A DNA stretch of 48,120 bases from Chondromyces sp. GTDB lineage: Bacteria > Acidobacteriota > Thermoanaerobaculia > Thermoanaerobaculales > Sulfomarinibacteraceae. The translations under genes and the position numbers were made by a program. The stretch spans positions 1 to 48,120 of the forward strand of contig DATIVB010000433.1 in NCBI GenBank assembly GCA_035466375.1, given 5' to 3'. Below are positions 18,151 through 26,961 of the stretch, one piece after another. Under the pieces are notes generated by a model. The model did not search any database. It was not told the origin of the DNA and saw only the letters and a list, made by a program, of their open reading frames with translations. Every line of letters starts with the position of its first letter. Position 1 is the stretch's first letter.

Positions 18151-19002
18151 GTGAGCTCGAAACGACAGGTCGACACGTCGTACGATCCGTTCGCGCAGGA
18201 GCCCGAGTACCTCGAGGTCAACCGCCTCTTCGTCGACACCCTGCCGCTTCTCGAATCGCGGACGCTGCTCGACCTCGCCTGCGGGACCTGCGTGCTCAGC
18301 GGCATGATGCGGGAGCGAGCCGCCGGTCCGCTGCACCTCGTGGGCCTGGACCTGTCGCGGGAGTCGCTCATGCTCGCCCGCGAGCACCTCGCCGGGGCCG
18401 GCCGGGGATCCGGAGGAGGCGGCGCCCGGACCCTGCTTCTCGAGGGCTCCGCCGACTGCCTGCCGCTGGCTGACGCCTCGGTGCAGGGGGTCGTGATGGG
18501 CAATGCCATCCAGCTGATCGACGACAAGGAGAGATTGGTCTCCGAGGTGGCTCGGGTCCTCGCTCCGGGCGGGTTCTTCGCCTTCAACACCTCGTTTTAC
18601 AGCGGCACCTACCTGCCTGGCACCGAGCGTCTGTACGTGCAGTGGGTGCAGAGGGCGCTGGAAGAGGTCACCGAGCATGCGCGCCGCGAGGGCATCCGGC
18701 GCACGAAGGGCAGTGGGCGGCGCGCCTTCAGCCAGCCGTGGCTGTCACGGGACGAGTACCGTCAGCTGCTCGAGCGCGGCGGGTTCGAGATCGCCTCCGT
18801 GCGCGAGCGCACCGTGGAGCTCACCCGCCACAGCTTCGAGACGATCGGCGCGTACTCGGGCTGCGCATCGGTGGTCCTGTCGGGCTGGCCGGTCGATCTC
18901 GCGTCGGCCGCCCTGCAGCGGGCGGCGGGCCCGACGCTCGAGGAGGCCGGGGTCGATGCTGTCCCCCGGCAGTGGCTCGAGATGGTCGCGACCAGGGCTT
19001 GA
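18151..19002 (+). CDS. Class I SAM-dependent methyltransferase
   Basis: GTG at 18151 preceded by GGGAGAGG. Motif I LLDLACGTCVL, motif II-like GVVMGNAIQLI, and LAPGGFFAFNT. Confidence 0.75.
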   Translation: MSSKRQVDTSYDPFAQEPEYLEVNRLFVDTLPLLESRTLLDLACGTCVLSGMMRERAAGPLHLVGLDLSRESLMLAREHLAGAGRGSGGGGARTLLLEGSADCLPLADASVQGVVMGNAIQLIDDKERLVSEVARVLAPGGFFAFNTSFYSGTYLPGTERLYVQWVQRALEEVTEHARREGIRRTKGSGRRAFSQPWLSRDEYRQLLERGGFEIASVRERTVELTRHSFETIGAYSGCASVVLSGWPVDLASAALQRAAGPTLEEAGVDAVPRQWLEMVATRA

Positions 19003-19023
19003 GCGCCAGTGGCTGGATCTGAG

Positions 19024-19818
19024 ATGGGGATCGCGGGCAAGGTGGCGGTGGTCACCGGCGGATCGAGCGGCATCGGCCGCGCGGTCGCCGTGGCGCTGGT
19101 CGAGCGGGGCGTCCGGGTGGTGGTGGTCGGACTCACCCAGGCGCGGGTCAGCGCCGTAGCCGGGGCGCTTCGCGCCCGCTCGGCCGATCCGGGCGACGTG
19201 CTGCCGCTGACGCTCGACGTGAGGAGCGAGTCCGACATGGAGCAGATGGCGCACTCGGTCCTGAGCCGTTTCGGCCGGATCGATCTGCTGGTCGCCGCGG
19301 CCGGCGTGGCGCGGCGCCCGGGCTCCCAGCGCCTGGTGCCCTACCCGGCGGCGCAGCTGCCGATCGACGAGTGGGACGCGATCCTCGACACCAACCTGCG
19401 CGGTACCTTTCTCGCCGATCGAGCGGTGTTGCCGACGATGCAGGCCCGCGGCAGCGGCACGATCGTCAACGTGTCGTCGTCACCGGGCGGTTATCGCGGA
19501 CAGGCCTTTGCCGCGCCCTACTGCGCCTCCAAGTTCGGCGTTCGCGGCCTGACCCAGTCGCTCGCCGAGGAGGTGCGTCGGCTGGGCATCAAGGTCCACT
19601 GCATCCTGCCGGACGCTATCGACACGCCCCTGCTCGACCGCAGCACGCTCGCCGCCCGCCTCGGGACCCCGCTGGCCCCGGAACGGGTGGCCGAGCTGGT
19701 GGTCAGCCTGTGGACCGAGCCGCAGGATTCACAGAATGTCGAGCCCGTGCTGCTGCCGGCGCGCCGCCCGGCAGCTCTCGACCTGCGGCGGGACGCGGGC
19801 TGGGAGTGGAAGCGATGA
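19024..19818 (+). CDS. Short-chain dehydrogenase/reductase (SDR)
   Basis: GKVAVVTGGSSGIGRA Rossmann motif and YCASK catalytic motif. An alternative GTG start lies at 19009. The stop overlaps the next start as ATGA. Confidence 0.8.
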   Translation: MGIAGKVAVVTGGSSGIGRAVAVALVERGVRVVVVGLTQARVSAVAGALRARSADPGDVLPLTLDVRSESDMEQMAHSVLSRFGRIDLLVAAAGVARRPGSQRLVPYPAAQLPIDEWDAILDTNLRGTFLADRAVLPTMQARGSGTIVNVSSSPGGYRGQAFAAPYCASKFGVRGLTQSLAEEVRRLGIKVHCILPDAIDTPLLDRSTLAARLGTPLAPERVAELVVSLWTEPQDSQNVEPVLLPARRPAALDLRRDAGWEWKR

Positions 19819-20333
19819 CCGTCTTGCGCCTGAAACCGCTCGGTTCGGGGGCGGCGGCTCGACTGCGGCGGGCGCGGTTCCTCTACGAGACCGGCCGCCG
19901 GGATGAGGCGATCGCCGAGGCCGAATCGATTCTCGTGGGTGATCCGGGGAGCTATCCGACCCGCTTCTTCCTCGCTCAGATGATGGCCAGCCGGGGCGAC
20001 ACCTGGCGGGCGATGCTGGAGTTCGGCCTTGTGCTGCGCGCCCACCCCCGGCACGTGGAATCGCTGCGCAGCCTCGGCGACCTGCATTTCAGCCTCGACG
20101 CCTTCGAGGCGGCGGCCGGATTTTATCGTCGGGTGCTCGAGATCGACCGCCGTGACGTGTCCGCGTGGCTCAAGCTCGGCGCCGTCGCGTTCGCGAGTGG
20201 CCGGCACGAGGATGCCGTGCTCGCGTATCAACGGGCGGTGCAGCTCGACAGGCGGCTGACTGCCAGCGGCCACACGATCGGGGATTTCCACAGTCTCATG
20301 CGCACTCTGCAGCATGCGCGGAACGGAGTCTGA
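19815..20333 (+). CDS. TPR-repeat protein
   Basis: 172 aa with 3-4 TPR-like 34-aa units (e.g. AWLKLGAVAFASGRHEDAVLAYQRAVQLD). ATGA overlap with the SDR. Confidence 0.7.
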   Translation: MTVLRLKPLGSGAAARLRRARFLYETGRRDEAIAEAESILVGDPGSYPTRFFLAQMMASRGDTWRAMLEFGLVLRAHPRHVESLRSLGDLHFSLDAFEAAAGFYRRVLEIDRRDVSAWLKLGAVAFASGRHEDAVLAYQRAVQLDRRLTASGHTIGDFHSLMRTLQHARNGV

Positions 20334-20334
20334 G

Positions 20335-22689
20335 ATGAACCGCCAGACACGAAAGCCATCGCCGAAGCTTCGCGCCGACCTCGACATCGTGCGCGGACCG
20401 AGCGACGGCGCGGGCGATGCGCCCTACCTTCTCAGCGACCCTGTTTCGGGCCGGATCTTCGAGATCGGGGAGCGTGAGCGCCTCACCCTGACACTCCTCG
20501 ACGGCACCTTGTCGCTCGAAGGTGTTCGCACGGTGTTGTCGACTCATCCCCTTTTTTCGAGCGGCGCCCTGCCGACCCCCGAAGGCCTGGCGAGCTTCGT
20601 CAACCAGTTGGCGAGGGAGGGGCTGTTCGTGGGCTCCGAACCGGGTGCGGTCATGCAGGCGCGGACAGGAAGCGAGGTGCGCCTGCACCGCGTCGCCAGC
20701 TTTCCGATTCGAGCGGCCCTGCGGTGGCTCGTGATCGTGCCGTGGGATTTCTTGAGCCTCGGCTCCCGATCGGACACCGTGAGCCCGTCTCGCTTGCGCG
20801 TCGGGAACCCTGACCCCCTGCTGGCTCAGCTGGCCCGCGGACTGGGTCCGCTCGTCGGCCGGTTCAGCCTCGCGTTGGTCGCCGTATTTTCGATCTTGGG
20901 GTTCGGTCTGCTGATCGCCAACTTCGGCCGCTGGTGGGACGGCGCGAGAGTCCTTTGGAGCCCCTGGGGGCTCCTTACAGTGGCGGTGGTCGGGGTGTTT
21001 CTGGTCCACATCCCACACCAGCTGGCGCACGGCGTGGCCTGCGTGCACTACGGTGGACGTGTGTCCGGGTGGGGAGTCCGTTTCCTCTTCCACGTCGTCC
21101 CGACCTTCTGGGTCGATATCTCCGACATCATGTGGCTGCGCGAAAAGCGGGACCGGCTGATGACGATCGGCGTCGGCCTGCTGTGGCAGCTGGGGGCCTT
21201 CTCGGCGGGGTTGGTCGGGTGGCTCGTGACCGACCGGGGGACCGGCCCTTCGGTGTTCTTTCTGGCGTTGTCGACGACCGCGCTGTTCGGCCTGTTTCTG
21301 AACGCCAACCCGTTCGCCAGACGGGACCTCTACCAGCTGCTGTCGGCCTGGCTGGACATGGAGGACTTGCGCTTGCGGGCGCGCGAGTACCTGCGCGCCT
21401 GGGTCCGGTGGCGGCCGGTGCCCGAGCCGCTGACCGGTCGCCAGCGGCGTTGGATCGGGGCCTATGGCGTGGCGGTCAACGTCTTTGGCCTCGTGATCAC
21501 CGGGGCGGTCGTCGCCCTCGCCCTGCGGGTCATCCGCGATCACGGCGAATCCGGCGCGGTCGGAGTGCTCTTTGCCGCCGGGCTCGTGTTCCAGGATCAC
21601 GTCCGCACGGTCTTCGATCAGGCCTGGTGGAAGCGCCTCACGGGTGCGATGCCCAGGACGGCGCGGTGGGTCGGGATCGGGGCGCTGCTGGTCGCCGCGA
21701 CCTGGGCGCTGTGCCTACCCTATCCGTACGAGGCCGGTGGTGATTTCGAGCTCGTGCCGCAGCAGGTGATCGAGATCCGATCCGAGCTGGAGGGCCTGGT
21801 CGGCGAGGTTTTCGTCCGCGAGGGAGACTGGGTCGAGCGAGGGGCGCCGGTGGCCGCCCTCGTGACGCACGTGCAGGAGCGGAACCTCCGTGCGGCGGAG
21901 GCCCGGATGGACGAGCTCCTGGCGCGGCGCTCGGCACTGTTGGCGGGAACGCGGCCCGAGGAGATCCACCGCGCGCGCACGGCCCTGCTGACCGCCGAGG
22001 CGCGGCTCGCCTGGAGCTCGGCCCGAGCGGACAGGTACGAGTCGCTCTTCAACCAGGGCGTGGTCGGCCTGCAGGAGCACGAGAACGCGATTCAGGTGCG
22101 GCGCATCAACGAGAGTGAGCTCGAGGAAGCGAGATCCTACCTGGAGATTCTCCTGCGCGGCACGAGGGCCGAGACCCTGGAGGCCGTGGAGGCCGAGATC
22201 CGGAGCCAGGAGGCGATCCTCGAGTACTTCCGAGGCGACGTGGAACGCGCCGTCCTGGTCAGTCCGATCGCGGGCTTCGTGACGACGCCCCGCATCGACC
22301 AGCTGCAGGGGAGGTATCTGAACCCGGGCCAGCGGGACCTGGTGGCCACGATCGCCGACACCCGGGTGGTGCAGGCCGAGATCGAGATCCCGGAGGAGGA
22401 CATCGAAGGGGTCGTGGTGGGCAAGAAGGTCAGACTTGTCACCTGGAGCTACCCGGGGATGGAGTTCGAGGGGCTGGTGACGGCGGTTGCGCCGGTGGCG
22501 ATCGAGGACGAGCTCAAGCGGCGCAAGGTCATCCGCGTCCTCACCGAGATCTCGAACCCGGATGGTCTTCTCAAACCCGACATGACCGGATTCGCGAAGG
22601 TCGAGATCACGGACCGGCCGCTGTGGGACGTGCTCTTCCGTCCGTTGTGGCGCTGGGTGCGGATCGAGGTCTGGTCGTGGGTCCCCTGA
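20335..22689 (+). CDS. Fusion protein: PqqD/RRE-like N-domain + M50 (site-2 protease)-like membrane domain + HlyD-type periplasmic adaptor
   Basis: ATG lies 1 nt after the TPR stop and is preceded by GGAG. See the three sub-features below for domain evidence. Confidence 0.8.
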   Translation: MNRQTRKPSPKLRADLDIVRGPSDGAGDAPYLLSDPVSGRIFEIGERERLTLTLLDGTLSLEGVRTVLSTHPLFSSGALPTPEGLASFVNQLAREGLFVGSEPGAVMQARTGSEVRLHRVASFPIRAALRWLVIVPWDFLSLGSRSDTVSPSRLRVGNPDPLLAQLARGLGPLVGRFSLALVAVFSILGFGLLIANFGRWWDGARVLWSPWGLLTVAVVGVFLVHIPHQLAHGVACVHYGGRVSGWGVRFLFHVVPTFWVDISDIMWLREKRDRLMTIGVGLLWQLGAFSAGLVGWLVTDRGTGPSVFFLALSTTALFGLFLNANPFARRDLYQLLSAWLDMEDLRLRAREYLRAWVRWRPVPEPLTGRQRRWIGAYGVAVNVFGLVITGAVVALALRVIRDHGESGAVGVLFAAGLVFQDHVRTVFDQAWWKRLTGAMPRTARWVGIGALLVAATWALCLPYPYEAGGDFELVPQQVIEIRSELEGLVGEVFVREGDWVERGAPVAALVTHVQERNLRAAEARMDELLARRSALLAGTRPEEIHRARTALLTAEARLAWSSARADRYESLFNQGVVGLQEHENAIQVRRINESELEEARSYLEILLRGTRAETLEAVEAEIRSQEAILEYFRGDVERAVLVSPIAGFVTTPRIDQLQGRYLNPGQRDLVATIADTRVVQAEIEIPEEDIEGVVVGKKVRLVTWSYPGMEFEGLVTAVAPVAIEDELKRRKVIRVLTEISNPDGLLKPDMTGFAKVEITDRPLWDVLFRPLWRWVRIEVWSWVP
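20362..20559 (+). other. PqqD/RRE-like segment
   Basis: PYLLSDPVSGRIFEIGERERLTLTLLDGTLSLEGVRTVL resembles the PqqD-family pattern (beta-strands, then x-LDG-x-x-S/T-x-x-E-I). By-eye call only. Confidence 0.4.
20850..21600 (+). other. M50-like multi-pass membrane domain with HQLAH (21016-21030) and NANPFARRD (21301-21327)
   Basis: Hydrophobic helices carry an HxxxH in a TM helix and a downstream NxxPxxxxD. These are the positions of the M50 HExxH and NPDG/LDG zinc-ligand motifs. Confidence 0.6.
21727..22686 (+). other. HlyD/membrane-fusion-protein-like adaptor domain
   Basis: Lipoyl-like half-motifs (GLVGEVFVREGDWVERGAPVAAL ... SPIAGFVT) flank a long coiled-coil hairpin, followed by a beta-barrel segment (GKKVRLVTWSYPGMEFEGLVTAVAP). 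Confidence 0.7.
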
Positions 22690-22705
22690 GGCCGAGCCTC
22701 GTGCG

Positions 22706-23707
22706 TCATGCAGGGTCAGGATTCCTCGGCCCGCCTTCCCGGTTCTTCTCGGGCACGACTCTGCGCGGGGCGTCGCGTGGTGCAGCCTGTTTCGGATTGG
22801 CAGCGAAGAAATCCCAGATCATCTCGCTCGCGTCGACGTCTCTGCTGGTCGTGCCGACGAGCAGGCGGGGCAAATACTGGAACCCGCCGGGCCAGGTGTG
22901 ACCGGTGCCCTCGACCGTGCACAGGATGACCGGAGAGCGGCAGGCGTCGAAGCCGCGGCACGACACGTTGCCCTTCGCGAAGGTCTCCTTCGACGTGTCC
23001 TTGCAGTCGTTCAGGGACCTCCAGACCTCGGCGGTTGCCGGCGCCGAGAGGAGATCACCGCCTCCTCCGGTCTCGCCGCCGTCGAAGGGAACGATCCGGT
23101 CCTTCGTGCCGTGAAAGTCGATCACCGCAATCGGGTGGTCCGGCTTGCACTGCGCCGCCATCTTGGGCGCCATCTGGCCGGCCACCGTGGCGATGGCCGC
23201 AAGCCGTCCGGACAGCTCGCAGCCCAGCCGATGGGTGAACGCACCGCCGTTGGACATGCCGGAGGCGTAGATTCGGCGCGGGTCGATCGTGTACCGCTCC
23301 ATCAAGGTATCGAGCAGGGCATCGACGAATCCCACGTCATCGATGCCGAGCTCCTCGGCTTCCCCGGTCCCGTGGAGCGCGTTCCACGAGCGTCCGACCC
23401 CGTCCGGGTAGACGACCATGAATCCGTGGCGATCCGCGACCTCGTCAAAGCCGGAGAGCTTTGCCTGGTCGTCGCCCTGCCCGTGGCGGCCGTGGAACGA
23501 GAGGACCAGCGGCATCGGTTTCCCTGCATCGTGCCCCTTCGGGAGGTGGACCAGAAAGGTCCGCGTGCGGCCGCCGTACTCAATCGACTCCGTGGGGTTG
23601 TCGCTGGCCTCCTTCGATTTCGAATCGCGGCGCTGGTTTGCAGTCGCACATGAGGCGCCGGCAACGAGAGTGAGCACCAAGACCGTCGTCAACGTGATTG
23701 ATCGCAT
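22706..23707 (-). CDS. Exported esterase, PHB-depolymerase/LpqC-like family
   Basis: Signal peptide ending LVAGASC (possible lipoprotein). Motifs LVLSFHGRHGQG, VVYPDG, and nucleophile elbow GMSNGG. Confidence 0.8.
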   Translation of the reverse strand: MRSITLTTVLVLTLVAGASCATANQRRDSKSKEASDNPTESIEYGGRTRTFLVHLPKGHDAGKPMPLVLSFHGRHGQGDDQAKLSGFDEVADRHGFMVVYPDGVGRSWNALHGTGEAEELGIDDVGFVDALLDTLMERYTIDPRRIYASGMSNGGAFTHRLGCELSGRLAAIATVAGQMAPKMAAQCKPDHPIAVIDFHGTKDRIVPFDGGETGGGGDLLSAPATAEVWRSLNDCKDTSKETFAKGNVSCRGFDACRSPVILCTVEGTGHTWPGGFQYLPRLLVGTTSRDVDASEMIWDFFAANPKQAAPRDAPRRVVPEKNREGGPRNPDPA

Positions 23708-23750
23708 GATCGTATCGCCTTTCAGTCTGGGAAACCACGTGCCGGGCCGT

Positions 23751-24959
23751 CTATTCCGGATCGAAGGCGGTCCCGAGCTCCTCCTCGCGCACGGTTTCGA
23801 CCGCGGACTCCGGAAGGCCGAGCAGCTTGGTCGTGACCTCGGCGTTGTGCTCGCCGAGAAATGGTCCGCGCCGGCGGACCACCCAGGGCTCGCCGACGAA
23901 GCGGAACGGCATGCCGGGATAGCGCCCGCTCCCGTCCTCGGCCTCAGAGAACCAACCGCGCGCCTTCAGGTGCGGGTCCGATACGAGGTCCGCCGGGTCG
24001 AAGACCGCTCCCGCCGGAACTCCGGCCGTCTGGAGCTCGGCCATGGCGGTGCGGTGGTCGCGCCGCCGCGTCCAGTCGGCGATCATGTCGTCCAGGCTGT
24101 CGTGCGCTCTCATGCGATCGAACGGGGACGCGTAGGCCGGATCGTCTGCCATCTCCGGACGCCCGAGGGCCCGGCAGAGACAGCGCCACTCCTCATTGGA
24201 GCGCACCGCCAAGACCACCCAGCGGTCCGCGCCCTTGCATGGGTAGCAGCCTCGTGGGGCGGCGGTGCGGTGCCGGTTGCCGGTCGGTTCGGGTGCGACG
24301 CCGGTGATCGCCGTCTCCAGGAACTCCATGCCGGCCAGGGTACTGATCGCGGCCTCGAGTTGGGAGACCTCGACCCGCTGTCCGCGCCCGGTCTTCTGCC
24401 GTCGAACCAGCGCTGTGAGTGCCGCACAGGCCCCGGCGACACCGTTCGTGACATCCATTTCGCGGATGCGGCGGGGCGGCGAGCCCGGCGAGTAGGCGGT
24501 GAGTGCCTGCAGTCCCGACAGCGGTTCGATGCCCCCACCGTAGCCGCCGTACGGTGCGTCGGGGCCGGTGCTCCCGAATGCCGGCATCTGCACGAGGATG
24601 AGGTCGGGGCGCTGAGCCGCCAGCACCTCCCAGCCGAGTCCGAGCCGCTCGAGCACGCCCGGACGCGACGAGTCGACCACGACATCGGCCCAGGCGACGA
24701 GGGTCAGCGCACGGTCGCGGTGATCCGCCCGCTCGAGGTCGAGGGTCAGGGATTTCTTGCCGCGGTGCAGCTGCCAGAAGCGCGGGTGGGTGTCGTAACG
24801 CCGGTCCACGAGGTGGCCGCCCCGCATCCCATCGAGGCGGTGCGGATACTCGATCTTGAGCACCTCGGCGCCGAGGTCGGCGAGGATGCGGGTCGCGTGG
24901 GGACCCGCCCAGTCGTGGCTGAGGTCGAGGACGTTGACGCCCTCCAGCACCGCCGTCAT
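23751..24959 (-). CDS. Family III CoA-transferase (CaiB/BaiF/Frc-like), canonical paralog
   Basis: N-terminus LEGVNVLDLSHDWAGPHATRILADLGAEVLKIE. Catalytic-Asp motif MDVTNGVAGACAALTAL...GRGQRVEVSQLEA, with the Asp codon at 24453-24455. ATG overlaps the upstream stop as ATGA. Confidence 0.85.
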   Translation of the reverse strand: MTAVLEGVNVLDLSHDWAGPHATRILADLGAEVLKIEYPHRLDGMRGGHLVDRRYDTHPRFWQLHRGKKSLTLDLERADHRDRALTLVAWADVVVDSSRPGVLERLGLGWEVLAAQRPDLILVQMPAFGSTGPDAPYGGYGGGIEPLSGLQALTAYSPGSPPRRIREMDVTNGVAGACAALTALVRRQKTGRGQRVEVSQLEAAISTLAGMEFLETAITGVAPEPTGNRHRTAAPRGCYPCKGADRWVVLAVRSNEEWRCLCRALGRPEMADDPAYASPFDRMRAHDSLDDMIADWTRRRDHRTAMAELQTAGVPAGAVFDPADLVSDPHLKARGWFSEAEDGSGRYPGMPFRFVGEPWVVRRRGPFLGEHNAEVTTKLLGLPESAVETVREEELGTAFDPE

Positions 24960-26170
24960 GGTGACGCCTCCGATGCCGCATGGACCACACCGTCGGCGAT
25001 CAGCCCCGCCACCTCGGGGCCGGTCAGGCCGAGCGCCGCCGTGAGGACCTCCTCGGTGTGCTCGCCGAGCAGCGGCGCCCTCCGGTGGACGGCCGGCGCG
25101 CCGGCGACCCGGAAGGGCTCGCCGGCGACCACGTGCTCTCCGGCAGTGGGGTGCTCGAGGCGGTGGAAGAACCCCCGTTCGCGGTGGTGCGGGTGCTCGA
25201 GGACCTCCTCGGGATGGTTGAGCACGCCGAAAGCGAGGCCGCGCCGCCGGCCCTCGGTGAGGATCTCCTTCCGGTCGTGACGGTCGAGCCACGGTTGCAT
25301 GAGCGTCTCGAACTCTGTGCGCCGTGCCATGCGACCGGCGACGTGGCGGTACTCGGGGGCCTCGAGGCGCGGCTCGTCGAACATCTCGACCGCCCCCAGC
25401 CAGTTGCGGATCGGGCCGCCGATGACCGCGGCCCAGCCGTCTCGGCACGGGTAGAGCTGCCACGGCACCAGGGTGTGCTGATCGCCCTTGCGCCGCGCCA
25501 CCTGGCCATTGTGCAGGTTCTCGACGAGTGCGATCTCGATGTTGTCGAGCATGGCCTCCTGGATCGACACGTCGACCCAGCGTCCGCGGCCGCCCAACTG
25601 GCGGCCGTACACTGCCGCCAGCGCGCCGATGTAGGCCGCCATTCCGGCGCTGCAGTGGGCCACCTGGGGCCCGCCGGCGAGGGGCTCGCGGTCGGGATCG
25701 CCGGTGAGATGCATCCCGCCGCCGGTGGCATAGGCCACGATCTCGTCGCCGAGAAAGCCGCGGTACGGCCCATCCTGGCCGAAGGGTGTGACCGACACCA
25801 TGATCAGACCCGGATGCTCGGCCGCGAGCTCGTCGTAAGCGAGCCCGGTGCCGGCGAAGTGGCCGGGCGCCGAGCTCTCGATGACGATGTCGGCGGTGAG
25901 GGCGATCCTGCGCGCGAGGGCCTGACCCGCGGTTTGGCTGAGGTCCAGGGCGACGCTTTCTTTCGAGGTGTTGAGCCACAGGAAGGGGATGCTGGTCTCG
26001 ATCCCCGGCTCGCCGGCAAAGGGTCCGGTGCTGCGGGTCGGGTCGCCGTCGGGCGGCGGTTCGATCTTGATCACCCGCGCGCCGTAGGCGGCGAACAGCT
26101 TGCCGCAGTAGGGCGCCGCCACGCCCCCGCCGAGCTCGACGACGCGCAGGTGCTGCAGCGCGCCGCTCAA
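24956..26170 (-). CDS. Family III CoA-transferase paralog with His at the catalytic Asp position
   Basis: N-terminus LRVVELGGGVAAPYCGKLFAAYGARVIKIE. The equivalent motif reads AHCSAGMAAYIGALAAV...GRGRWVDVSIQEA, with the His codon at 25655-25657. TTG start overlaps the SDR stop as TTGA. Confidence 0.8.
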   Translation of the reverse strand: MSGALQHLRVVELGGGVAAPYCGKLFAAYGARVIKIEPPPDGDPTRSTGPFAGEPGIETSIPFLWLNTSKESVALDLSQTAGQALARRIALTADIVIESSAPGHFAGTGLAYDELAAEHPGLIMVSVTPFGQDGPYRGFLGDEIVAYATGGGMHLTGDPDREPLAGGPQVAHCSAGMAAYIGALAAVYGRQLGGRGRWVDVSIQEAMLDNIEIALVENLHNGQVARRKGDQHTLVPWQLYPCRDGWAAVIGGPIRNWLGAVEMFDEPRLEAPEYRHVAGRMARRTEFETLMQPWLDRHDRKEILTEGRRRGLAFGVLNHPEEVLEHPHHRERGFFHRLEHPTAGEHVVAGEPFRVAGAPAVHRRAPLLGEHTEEVLTAALGLTGPEVAGLIADGVVHAASEASP

Positions 26171-26961
26171 GCCGATCCTCCACTCTCATCCGGCCCGCTC
26201 CGCTTCCGCCGGCGCCGGCGCCCACCGAAAGGGGCCAGCACGGGATTGAGCAGAACGCAGTCCTCCGGCAGCTCGATCAGGTAGGCGATGAAGTCGGCCA
26301 CCCGCTCCGGCGGCAGAGCGTCCGGCGGCATCGGGACCGGGCCGTTCTGCTCCCAGAGCGGGGTGGCGACGGCGTCGGGCAGCAGGGTGTGGACCCGGAC
26401 ACCGCTCCGCCCCACCTCCTCCATCAGCGACTCGGAGAAGCCCCGGACCGCGAACTTGGAGGCGCAGTAGGCCCCGTCGAACGCACGCCCGCGCAGGCCC
26501 GAGGTCGAGGACAGGTGGATGATATGGCCGGACCTCGCCTCGAGCATCGCACCCAGCACCGCCCGAGTGGCCAGGAAGGTGCCGCGGAGGTTGACGGCGA
26601 GCACTCTCTCGAACTCCTCGGCCGAGGTCTCGGCGAGCGTCTTCGGCCCGCTCCCCGCGGGGCGGAGGATGCCGGCGGCGGTGACCAGGACGTCGATGCG
26701 GCCGAAGGCGCCGCGAACCTGCGCCGCCATCGCCTCCATGTCGCGCTCCGATGTCACGTCACATGCGATCGAAAGGACGTCGGCGGATCCCCGGCCTGCG
26801 TCGCGGGCCGCGGTCTCGGCGCTCTGCAGACGGCCGGGGTCGAGCTCTACGAGACAGAGGTTGAAGCCCCCTCGGGCAAGTGCGACGGCGGTTGCACGGC
26901 CGATGCCGCCGCCCGCTCCGGTGATGACGGCCGCCTGCCTTTCGGGTACGTTCTCGTTCAC
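26167..26961 (-). CDS. Short-chain dehydrogenase/reductase (SDR), paralog of the 19024 gene
   Basis: AAVITGAGGGIGRA and YCASK motifs. GTG start overlaps the upstream stop as GTGA. Arg-rich C-terminal tail. Confidence 0.8.
   Translation of the reverse strand: MNENVPERQAAVITGAGGGIGRATAVALARGGFNLCLVELDPGRLQSAETAARDAGRGSADVLSIACDVTSERDMEAMAAQVRGAFGRIDVLVTAAGILRPAGSGPKTLAETSAEEFERVLAVNLRGTFLATRAVLGAMLEARSGHIIHLSSTSGLRGRAFDGAYCASKFAVRGFSESLMEEVGRSGVRVHTLLPDAVATPLWEQNGPVPMPPDALPPERVADFIAYLIELPEDCVLLNPVLAPFGGRRRRRKRSGPDESGGSA

Noticed and set aside
22690-22705. Bidirectional terminator between the convergent operons
   Set aside because: The gap is only 16 nt and holds a 5-bp hairpin (GAGGC-CGA-GCCTC) with no T/A tracts. 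That is too weak to call.
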